DNA of 64,000 bases from a virus. Where the stretch lies: positions 1 through 64,000 of IMG/VR virus record IMGVR_UViG_3300048924_000605. The stretch is one strand, 5' to 3'. The notes under the pieces were generated by a model. It searched no databases, had not been told where the DNA came from, and saw only the letters and a list, made by a program, of their open reading frames with translations. Positions 56,843-64,000 of the stretch are shown here, one piece after another. Made by a program: the position numbers and the translations under genes. How positions within the stretch are numbered: the stretch's first letter is position 1; every line of letters begins with the position of its first letter.

Positions 56843-59107
56843 TTAGCCAGCGTAGCGAGCGAAGCTTTTCGGCCGCAGGCTGAGGCCGATGACGTAGCGG
56901 GCGCCTTTTCCACCTCGATGGCGACCGTAGCGACGCGATTCGAGCATTTCGGAGAAGCGCTTGATCGAGCCGGCGAACTCACCGTTGGCCATGCTCCAGT
57001 CCTTCCAATCGACAAACAGATCGGCAATCAGCGCCTTCGATTGCGAATGTTCCTGGCAGCGCTCCTCGATCCAGCGGCCGAGCGCATCCTCCGACTCGAA
57101 ATACTCGTCGGTGGCGTCCAGAACGGATTTAGGCGGCTTTAGCCCGGCGCGTTGCCACTCCAGACAGCCTTCGACCGCCCACGCAAGAACGCCCTCCCGC
57201 TCAGCCAGAAGTTTCTTCGGCAGGTCGCCATCGCGTCGCTCGGGCGGCACCGTGACCGTGAACGGGATCAGGTGCAGACGCCGCCTCATCGCCTCGTCCA
57301 CATTGCGAATCGCCGGCTTGTGGTTGCCGGCAATGACCAACTTGAACTGCGGCGTGTACTCGAAGAAGTCCTGGCGCATGAACCGCGCCATGATCTTGTC
57401 GCCGCCTGTGATCGCCTTGAGCTTCGATTCGTTCCAGCGTCGCCCCTCTTCGGTCTCGACGGCGGCGACGAAGCGCGCACCGCGCAGACCGGCGAGCTCG
57501 GTTGGATGGCGCTCGCCGCGGCTCTCCATGAATGTGTCCATCGGCGCGCTGGTGGCGTAATCGCCTAGGATCGTGGCCAGCGTGTTGACGAATACGGACT
57601 TGCCGTTGGCGCCGGTGCCGTAGAGGAAGAACAGCGCATGCTCGGTGGTGACGCCCGTTAAGCAATAGCCGGCCATGCGCTGCAGGTACGCCTGCAGTTC
57701 GCTATCGCCGCCGGTTACGTCCGCCAGGAAGTTCTTCCAGCGGCTGCACTTACCATCCATCCCCGCCGTCGCCATGCGGGTCAATCGGTCCAGCCGAGAA
57801 TGCTTTCGCAACGTTCCGGTTTTGAGATCGATGGTTCCCGCAGGCGAGTTGAGCAACCAGGGCCGGGTGTCCCACTCCTCGGCATCGGAGGCGTGATAGC
57901 GGTCGCTGCGGGCCATGCGCTCTACCGCTGAGACCGTCGAAGCGCTCGCTAGGCGGGATTGCTGACTACCCGTGTTCGCGTAGGTGGCCGCAACGCGGCA
58001 GACGCCGCGCACCAGGTGGTTGACCGTCAGCGTGCGATCGGGATTCCATCGCTGACCGCTCCACACCATCCACTGCCCCCAAGCCGCGCAGTAGCGCCAG
58101 TCCTCGTGGTAGCGGTTGGTGAACGCCGTGGCCAAGCCGTCGTCGGTGTGCCAACCGAGCTCGCCGAAGTCGATCGCTTCGGCGCGCTCGGGCCGAGTGA
58201 TCGGCGTGCGCTCTCCGGCGCGCAGGAACCCGATGACATCGAAGTGTTCCTCGACGGCGTCAGCGGCATCCCAACCTTGCTCCTTGTCCTCCGGGGGGTA
58301 GAGAATCGCGCAGGAGATCGCGCCGGCCGCGAGCGCAGCTTGGGCGACGGCTAGAGCATAGTCCCAGCCGGCCTTGTCCTTGTCCGGCCAGATCAGCGCG
58401 TGCTTTCCGCGCAGCGGCGACCAGTCCGTCTTCTCGACCGGCGCCTTCGCGCCGTTCATGGCGGTCGTGGCGGGCACGTCCAGGGCGATCAAGGCATCCG
58501 CCGCCTTCTCGCCTTCCACGACTACTACGTCGAGAGCCGCGGCGAGTCCAGGCTGGTTGTAGAGCGGCCGCGGCTCCGGGGCCAGATGCTTACGCCGCTT
58601 CGCATCCCAAGGCCGGTACTCCTTGCCGGTCGGTGGATCGTAGCGGTACACGCAGGCGATCAACTCGCCGTCCGCGCTGAGGTAATCCCAGCGCGAGGTT
58701 GCTGGTCCGAGCTCGTCCAGCACGGGTTCGGCGCGGCGACGCGACGGCGACGAAGCCACCGGAACGTGCCCAGCCAGATCCGCCGCTCGCGCCAGAACCG
58801 CAGCAAAGTCGTGGCGGGAATCCAAACCGGCGTGTACAGCGACCAGGTCGAAAACATCGCCGCCCTCGCCGGTCGCATGGTCGGTCCAGAGCCCCGCCTT
58901 CGGCCCGGACAATTCGACTTCCAGGCTGTCGCCCTTCTCGCCCTGGATATTCCCGAGATGGAATTTCCCGCGCCGAACGCGCCCGTGCGGATACAGCGCC
59001 TGGAGCACACCCTCCAGGCGTTGCAGCAGTTGCGCTTTGACGGCATCCCGCGACGGACGCTCGGGCCTAGGTTCGGTCGGAATCTCTGCGTCGTTGAAGT
59101 CCATCAT
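56843..59107 (-). CDS. TOPRIM primase fused to a P4/D5-family SF3 helicase
   Basis: VEGEKAAD, WPDKD..G, GTGANGKS, KAITGGD, GNHKP, RRRL. Confidence 0.92.
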   Translation of the reverse strand: MMDFNDAEIPTEPRPERPSRDAVKAQLLQRLEGVLQALYPHGRVRRGKFHLGNIQGEKGDSLEVELSGPKAGLWTDHATGEGGDVFDLVAVHAGLDSRHDFAAVLARAADLAGHVPVASSPSRRRAEPVLDELGPATSRWDYLSADGELIACVYRYDPPTGKEYRPWDAKRRKHLAPEPRPLYNQPGLAAALDVVVVEGEKAADALIALDVPATTAMNGAKAPVEKTDWSPLRGKHALIWPDKDKAGWDYALAVAQAALAAGAISCAILYPPEDKEQGWDAADAVEEHFDVIGFLRAGERTPITRPERAEAIDFGELGWHTDDGLATAFTNRYHEDWRYCAAWGQWMVWSGQRWNPDRTLTVNHLVRGVCRVAATYANTGSQQSRLASASTVSAVERMARSDRYHASDAEEWDTRPWLLNSPAGTIDLKTGTLRKHSRLDRLTRMATAGMDGKCSRWKNFLADVTGGDSELQAYLQRMAGYCLTGVTTEHALFFLYGTGANGKSVFVNTLATILGDYATSAPMDTFMESRGERHPTELAGLRGARFVAAVETEEGRRWNESKLKAITGGDKIMARFMRQDFFEYTPQFKLVIAGNHKPAIRNVDEAMRRRLHLIPFTVTVPPERRDGDLPKKLLAEREGVLAWAVEGCLEWQRAGLKPPKSVLDATDEYFESEDALGRWIEERCQEHSQSKALIADLFVDWKDWSMANGEFAGSIKRFSEMLESRRYGRHRGGKGARYVIGLSLRPKSFARYAG

Positions 59108-59958
59108 GCCCGTTCCTCGATGCCCTTACGCAGCGCGGCGTCGAGCTCGCGAATACCGGCAGTGGCCTTCAAGACCAGGCCGAGTTGCCCCTGTAGTCGC
59201 GGGCTGTCCCAGTCCATCTCGGCCACGCACCGGCGCGCGAATTCCTCCGGCGACTCGGCGGCATCCATGCTGTCGGTGGCGAAGCGTTCTAGCCGGATCA
59301 GCACTTGGCTGCCGTAACGGACCGTGGCTTCGACAGGCGCGACGAACTCAGGGCGGTCCACGCGGTTTCGACTCGCACTGCGATTGAGTGATGCCGAAAG
59401 CTCGCGCTGCCGCGGCTTGCGCTCCTCGATCGCCACCAGCCGGGCCTGCGCTTTCGGATTCAGCGAGGCGATCTTGACGCCTTCGTGCACGCTGATCGCT
59501 CCCGCATCGATCTTGGCGACTAGCTCCGGGATTCCGGTCTCTCGGATACGAACCGCATTCGCGATCGTTCGGTCGGAAACCGCCAGCAACTTGGCTGCTT
59601 GGTCACGCGTCACAATCTCATTCTGCAAATTTGCAGAATGAGAATAGCTGCCTCCGACCTGCCGGTTAGCCAAGCGGGAGGCCACCATGCCGCGTTGCGA
59701 TTCGCTGAGGTGCCGCCGGGTGACGTTCTCGCTGATGACGAAGGCCAGGGGATCGTCGCCGTCGAAGGTGACGAACCGGGGCTCGATGCCGCACTCCAGG
59801 CATGCTCGATACCGGTGCCGGCCATCGAGGATGGCCCCTTCGAAAACAACGACCTCATGGCGAAGCCCGTGGGCCCGAATGTCCTCGACCAGTGCCCGAA
59901 ACGCGTCGTCGGCCATGTCCGGCAGCGCCAAACAGAGCGGGTGGAACTCCATAGTCAT
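59104..59958 (-). CDS. ParB/Srx-like N-domain protein with HTH
   Basis: HPL..LVEDIRAHGL..ILDGRHRYRAC..SENVTRRHLSESQR. Confidence 0.75.
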   Translation of the reverse strand: MTMEFHPLCLALPDMADDAFRALVEDIRAHGLRHEVVVFEGAILDGRHRYRACLECGIEPRFVTFDGDDPLAFVISENVTRRHLSESQRGMVASRLANRQVGGSYSHSANLQNEIVTRDQAAKLLAVSDRTIANAVRIRETGIPELVAKIDAGAISVHEGVKIASLNPKAQARLVAIEERKPRQRELSASLNRSASRNRVDRPEFVAPVEATVRYGSQVLIRLERFATDSMDAAESPEEFARRCVAEMDWDSPRLQGQLGLVLKATAGIRELDAALRKGIEERA

Positions 59959-60836
59959 CAGATCAGCTCCGGCAGCTTCTCATCGGCGCGGGGGAACACC
60001 GCCCGCCACGACCGGACCTCTCGCCTGGCGCGATACAGATTCCAGGCTTTGAAGCACGCGTGGATTTGGACACCGTCGCGGATCGCTCGGCCCTGCATAC
60101 GGGATTCCATGAATTTGTTGCGCAGGTGATAGATCGACTCGGTCATCGATAGCTCCCCGCCAGTGAACAACGCGGCGAGGAAGTCCTCGGCGTCATCCTG
60201 ATCGATCTGAGCAAATCGCCAATGCAGAAACATCGCCTTGGCATGCGTGATCGGCGGATAGCGTTTGGAAAGCAGGGCGGCATATCGGCTCGCAGGCTGC
60301 ACGTACGGATGCTGCTTCCAGAAGTCCAGTTGTGCCTGGTTCGTCGGACGCGCCGAACTGTGTGGCGGCAAACCGCGGCTGTAATTCACAATCATCGGCA
60401 GCGCGGCGGCGGCGGTCCGGGCTTCGCTGAGCGAGATGCCGTCGATGGTCAAAATGTCGGAGCCGGTTCGTTGCCGGCCGGTATCGATCACGTCGAACGA
60501 TCCGTCCTCCAACCCGGTATTCACAACGACATCGATGGTGGCGTCCGCTTCCACAATCGCAGAGAGTCGATGCTGCCCGTCCAGCAGGCGGCCGGTCCTA
60601 CTGAACTTGATCGACTCGCCGGTGCTCTTCCAGTGCCCACCCAGCATGTCGTTGGCGTACTGCGTAACCGCCTTGAAGCGGATGGGACGATTGTTGCTAT
60701 TCCGATGCAGCCACGCCGACGCGACCGCGGCATTGACCAAGACCACCTCGATCGAGCAGCGTTCGCGAGTGGGCAGCGCGATGGCCTCGGCTTCGGACTC
60801 GATCGTGATGGGCAAGGTGTGCACGTTCTGACTCAT
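59958..60836 (-). CDS. ParB/Srx-related protein
   Basis: NNRPI..YANDM..G.W..GESI.F..LLDGQHRLSAI, IDTG..RT. Confidence 0.7.
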   Translation of the reverse strand: MSQNVHTLPITIESEAEAIALPTRERCSIEVVLVNAAVASAWLHRNSNNRPIRFKAVTQYANDMLGGHWKSTGESIKFSRTGRLLDGQHRLSAIVEADATIDVVVNTGLEDGSFDVIDTGRQRTGSDILTIDGISLSEARTAAAALPMIVNYSRGLPPHSSARPTNQAQLDFWKQHPYVQPASRYAALLSKRYPPITHAKAMFLHWRFAQIDQDDAEDFLAALFTGGELSMTESIYHLRNKFMESRMQGRAIRDGVQIHACFKAWNLYRARREVRSWRAVFPRADEKLPELI

Positions 60837-60845
60837 GGGAAGTCC

Positions 60846-61595
60846 TTAGTGGTGGGTGGTGGGGATGGACAAGGTCCAGCAGCGGTCCTGCCAAGCGCAG
60901 CCACGACACGTTTGGTGGGTCGGTGTCGTGCTGATTCGGGGGAGCAGTTCGGCGGCGTCGCAGGCGCGCAGAATGTCGACGGCGCGATCGGACGCGCGCT
61001 GGGCCAGGCCGCGATCGAAGACCACGCGCTCCGCGTAGATCGACATGTCGTCGGCGCAAATAGCGGTAAACAGCGCCGGATGTTCGTGCAGCCCGAGATA
61101 GGCCTGATACAGCGCGATCTGGGTGGCGTACACCGGCCGGCTCAACGCCAGCCGTTTGCGTTGCAGTTCGCGGTAGGTCTTGGTACCGACCGCCTTGTTC
61201 TCCCACAACATGGGATAGCGGAAGCCGTCAGGGCCACCGACGATGACGCCGTCGATATGACCGCGCACTCGGCCGCCCGCCGTCTCGAACCCGAACTGCT
61301 GGCCGGCCGCATCGTGGGTCCGCAGGTCGAAGCCGGCCACACGCAGCCAGTCGGCCATCCAATCTTCCATCTGGTGGCCGCGCTGGAAGACGCGCAGCAG
61401 GCGGCCGGGAAAGTGGCGGCCACAGTCCTTGGCCGCGTCGAAGAACTGGAACTGCAGCCGGCGGCTGCACTCTTCGCCCAGACTGGATGCCCCCAGGTAG
61501 GCGCGCGCAGGGCGCTTTGCCGCCTCGCGCTCCATCGCTGCGTCGACCAGAGTCGTCAGTTGTTCCGACAGGTCGTGGGAGTTGAAGTCGAGCAC
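60846..61595 (-). CDS. PD-(D/E)XK exonuclease, Cas4/AddB-like
   Basis: YLGASSLG..C, GHIDG, WENK, Q..LYQ, C..C....C. Confidence 0.8.
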   Translation of the reverse strand: MLDFNSHDLSEQLTTLVDAAMEREAAKRPARAYLGASSLGEECSRRLQFQFFDAAKDCGRHFPGRLLRVFQRGHQMEDWMADWLRVAGFDLRTHDAAGQQFGFETAGGRVRGHIDGVIVGGPDGFRYPMLWENKAVGTKTYRELQRKRLALSRPVYATQIALYQAYLGLHEHPALFTAICADDMSIYAERVVFDRGLAQRASDRAVDILRACDAAELLPRISTTPTHQTCRGCAWQDRCWTLSIPTTHH

Positions 61596-61658
61596 GTTGG
61601 CTCTCCTAGAAGATGCAAATGCACAAATTCATTTCGCGATGCACTTTTCGGGCGCGGG

Positions 61659-62090
61659 CTAGAAAGGGATCGGGTCGTCAAAGGGCCGGTCCGGATCGAG
61701 CGGCGCTACCGGTTTGTTTCGCGGATCCGCGTGCTCGCGCAGCGTGGACTCGTACGCCATCGTTACGGCCTCGATCACCTCGGTGGCTTGCACTTGCGTG
61801 TACTGCGCCAGCGGCACATCGAAGCCGACGCGTTCGGCGACTTGCGCCAGCGCGGTCAGGCACGCGCGCTGGGCTTCATGGGACAGGGGGTGTGGCACGG
61901 GCAAAAGCTCCTCCACCGCGCTCGGATCTGTCCGGGCTCGGGTCGCGTAGAGTTGGTGAAAGGCGTTCTGGCAGGTGGTCGAACAGAACGCCCAGCGGTA
62001 CGGGGTGCGCCGCGGATCAGCGATGCGGCGGCGCAGGTCCATGTGGCCGAACCCGCGCGCGGGTCGGCCACAGCCCCAGCACGGCGTCAT
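61659..62090 (-). CDS. DUF6511-like phage protein
   Basis: CWGC.R.ARGFGH..FCS..CQ; ends FDDPIPF. Confidence 0.65.
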   Translation of the reverse strand: MTPCWGCGRPARGFGHMDLRRRIADPRRTPYRWAFCSTTCQNAFHQLYATRARTDPSAVEELLPVPHPLSHEAQRACLTALAQVAERVGFDVPLAQYTQVQATEVIEAVTMAYESTLREHADPRNKPVAPLDPDRPFDDPIPF

Positions 62091-62284
62091 CGGCCATGCC
62101 GCGATCGATCAAAGTCATGGTCGCGGTACTCGATCAGGGCTTGCGCGTGCTCGTCGTGGTGCTGCGCCAGAGCAAGAAGGCGCTGGATCTGCGCTTCAAG
62201 CTCGGCGCTGGACAACTCGCGTAAGGCGGTGAAGATGCCGTCCCCGTTCGGGTAACGGTCCTGAAGGCGGGAGTCTCGTGGCAT
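62087..62284 (-). CDS. small hypothetical protein
   Basis: In-operon ORF coupled to its neighbours. Confidence 0.55.
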   Translation of the reverse strand: MPRDSRLQDRYPNGDGIFTALRELSSAELEAQIQRLLALAQHHDEHAQALIEYRDHDFDRSRHGR

Positions 62285-62299
62285 GGCGGCGTATGCCCA

Positions 62300-62908
62300 T
62301 CACTGCGCCCACGTCGGCCGACCAGCAATCGGCGCCTGCGCCGCCTGGTTTGCGGCGTGCGCAATGTGCGCCGGCACAGAGGCGGCTTGCGCCGGCAGCG
62401 GTTGCACCGCGCCCATCACCTCCTTGTACTGCGGGTGATCGGGCATGATCGGCACCTTGATCACCGCCTTGTCTTCGCCGTAGCTGTCCTTTTCCCAATC
62501 GACCTTGCCGACGAACGTCGTGCCGTCCAGGTCGCCGAAGCTCTCGATGCAGCGCCCTTGCTGTGCGGCCGCGCTCATGTCGTCGGGGTGCAGTGCGTTC
62601 GCGGAGTTCAGAACGCCCTTGATGAAGCTGCGCCCCATCTGACCCCACGTCGGACCCTTAGGACTGTGCAAGCCGATCAGCGTCCACAGCTTACGGCGCG
62701 CGTATTTACCCTCCAGCACGACAAACTCGGCATTGAGGTAAACGGCGCCGGTGTCGCCGCGGCTGGCCCAGCCGTGCAGCCAACCGTTGGCGGCGTCGCT
62801 GTAGCCGCCGGGCTTGATGGTCATGCGGACCTTGACCAGCGTGCCCTTCGGGATGAGGGAGAACGCCGGGCTCTCGGCGTCGTTGAAGTTGTTCCAGGCG
62901 GAGGACAT
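62300..62908 (-). CDS. putative phage ssDNA-binding protein
   Basis: FNDA..LIPKGT, YLNAEFVVLEGKYARRKLW, C-terminal RPTWAQ; follows the AAA_24 ATPase. Confidence 0.6.
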   Translation of the reverse strand: MSSAWNNFNDAESPAFSLIPKGTLVKVRMTIKPGGYSDAANGWLHGWASRGDTGAVYLNAEFVVLEGKYARRKLWTLIGLHSPKGPTWGQMGRSFIKGVLNSANALHPDDMSAAAQQGRCIESFGDLDGTTFVGKVDWEKDSYGEDKAVIKVPIMPDHPQYKEVMGAVQPLPAQAASVPAHIAHAANQAAQAPIAGRPTWAQ

Positions 62909-62921
62909 GAATGACCTTTCT

Positions 62922-63749
62922 TCAGTGGAGCGTGGGAGGAGTGGGCGCGGCCGCCTCGGGCGCGCCGAGCTTGCGCATGAGCTGCCCGAGGTCCGGCGGC
63001 TCGATCATGTCGAGTCGCCCGGATCGATCTTTGGCGGGGTAACCCCAGGGATTGGCGGTGTGGCAGACGAAGGCGCGGTAGGCCGCGCCCTCGGCCGCGG
63101 GCACATCGGCCAGGGTGATCACTTCATCCACGATGCCGGGCAGTTCCAAGCCGGTCTTGGCGCCATCGATCTGCAGGTCGTGGCTACGGCGGCCGAAGTC
63201 ATCGACCCGTTCTTCGAGGATGCCGACGAACCAGACGTGCTTGCCGCGGATGTGCTGGAGCTGGGTCAGCCAGCCCACCATCTCCTGCCCGAGCAGGCCG
63301 TAGGCGCCGCGGTTGTCCGGCTTGCCGGTTTTCTCGGAGAACGCCTGCGGCTGCCCTTTGCACCATTGCAGGCACAGCCGGCCGGCGACGGTGATCGAAT
63401 CCACGAACAGGGTCTGGTACTTGGCGAAGACCGCAGGCTCGCCGTACCGCAGCTGTGCGGCTTCGAAGTGCCATTGACTAAAGGACTGGTTCTCCCGCAG
63501 CGCGGGATTAGCGCCGCCCAGCAGGACCGCGATGTCTCGACAGTCGTCCCAGGTGCGCGGCCGGATGCTGTCGCCGGGCCAGCTCTTGACCGGCAGGTCG
63601 CCGGCCTCGATGTCCACGAACAAGGTCGTGGCCGGATCCAGGGTCCACAGTTGCGAGGTTTTACCTCGCCCCCAGCCGCCGACGAGCACGCCCTTCACGC
63701 CACGGGCTTCGGCCAGCCGCTGTTCGGCGGTAATGATCGGCAGCGCCAT
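62922..63749 (-). CDS. AAA_24/Sak4-like ATPase (recombination)
   Basis: GGWGRGKT, FVDIEAG, FVDSIT, AKDRSG. Confidence 0.85.
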   Translation of the reverse strand: MALPIITAEQRLAEARGVKGVLVGGWGRGKTSQLWTLDPATTLFVDIEAGDLPVKSWPGDSIRPRTWDDCRDIAVLLGGANPALRENQSFSQWHFEAAQLRYGEPAVFAKYQTLFVDSITVAGRLCLQWCKGQPQAFSEKTGKPDNRGAYGLLGQEMVGWLTQLQHIRGKHVWFVGILEERVDDFGRRSHDLQIDGAKTGLELPGIVDEVITLADVPAAEGAAYRAFVCHTANPWGYPAKDRSGRLDMIEPPDLGQLMRKLGAPEAAAPTPPTLH

Positions 63750-63937
63750 CAGACTACGCTCCCAATCTTGCGCAGCAACTCGGCCACCGCTTCGGCCGGC
63801 TCGGTCGCCTCACGCGACATCGGTCCGATCTCTTCCTGGCCGAGATCGAGTTCGGTCAGGGCATAGGTCGTGCCCAGCTCGTGCACGGCGGTGGTAAGGA
63901 TCCAGCGCCCGCAACTTACAGTTGTGATCTTCATCAC
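63749..63937 (-). CDS. small hypothetical protein
   Basis: Overlaps both neighbouring genes. Confidence 0.45.
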   Translation of the reverse strand: MMKITTVSCGRWILTTAVHELGTTYALTELDLGQEEIGPMSREATEPAEAVAELLRKIGSVV

Positions 63938-64000
63938 GCTTTACCCTCGGTCAGCGACAGGCGGAAGACCGATTTGCCGGGCTTGAGGGTTCGGGCAGAA
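63934..64000 (-). CDS. 3' end of a phage gene truncated by the window edge
   Basis: Open frame ..ARTLKPGKSVFRLSLTEGKA ending in TGA at 63936-63934. Confidence 0.5.
   Translation of the reverse strand, partial: SARTLKPGKSVFRLSLTEGKA

Larger units (their letters stand above)
19230..64000 (-). mobile_element. temperate siphovirus prophage (lambda-type head, D3112/BR0599-type tail tip); continues past the right edge, left boundary uncertain and may include the 1-19.2 kb cargo
   Basis: Ordered replication, packaging, head, tail and lysis genes, apparently intact. Confidence 0.95.

Noticed and set aside
60846-61595. CRISPR cas4
   Set aside because: The Cas4-like nuclease sits in a phage recombination operon with no other cas genes or array.

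Overview
High-GC window, most consistent with a Xanthomonadales (Lysobacter/Xanthomonas-like) host judging from the X-T4SS-type VirB5/VirB6/DUF4189 genes and the Rhs. About 19.2-64 kb is a temperate siphovirus prophage read on the minus strand. From right to left it carries replication/recombination genes (AAA_24 ATPase, Cas4-like nuclease, ParB-like proteins, P4/D5 primase-helicase, RuvC-like, DUF6362), a cos-like site, an HNH endonuclease and two DNA methyltransferases. These are followed by an array of small promoter-gene-terminator cassettes, a lambda-type head module, tail genes with the lysis cassette embedded among them, the tape measure gene and a D3112/BR0599-type tail tip. Morons inside the phage encode a Kup K+ transporter, a 7TM-DISM-GGDEF cyclase, a fasciclin and membrane proteins. 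Positions 1-19.2 kb are cargo: a TIR/SEFIR protein, SRAP, a stand-alone EAL, XRE and LuxR-type regulators, an orphan virB5-virB6-DUF4189 module, a CsrA-like gene and a Sec-signal Rhs metalloprotease toxin with a candidate immunity gene. Three signals read directly from the DNA stand out. (1) The palindrome TCTTGGA-N4-TCCAAGA sits over the start of the XRE-EAL unit, upstream of the response regulator/virB5 operon, and again 26 kb away upstream of the GGDEF moron, suggesting a phage-borne c-di-GMP regulon. (2) Seven copies of CTTG-N15-GAAGCGTTCAT, six with an upstream CTGTC-N6-CTGTC repeat (five of them at helically phased distances), each head a small gene or operon. (3) A C5 methyltransferase has its motif IX in an overlapping reading frame. 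All family assignments come from motif recognition by eye; no database searches were run. No integrase or att site is visible, so the prophage ends are not defined.
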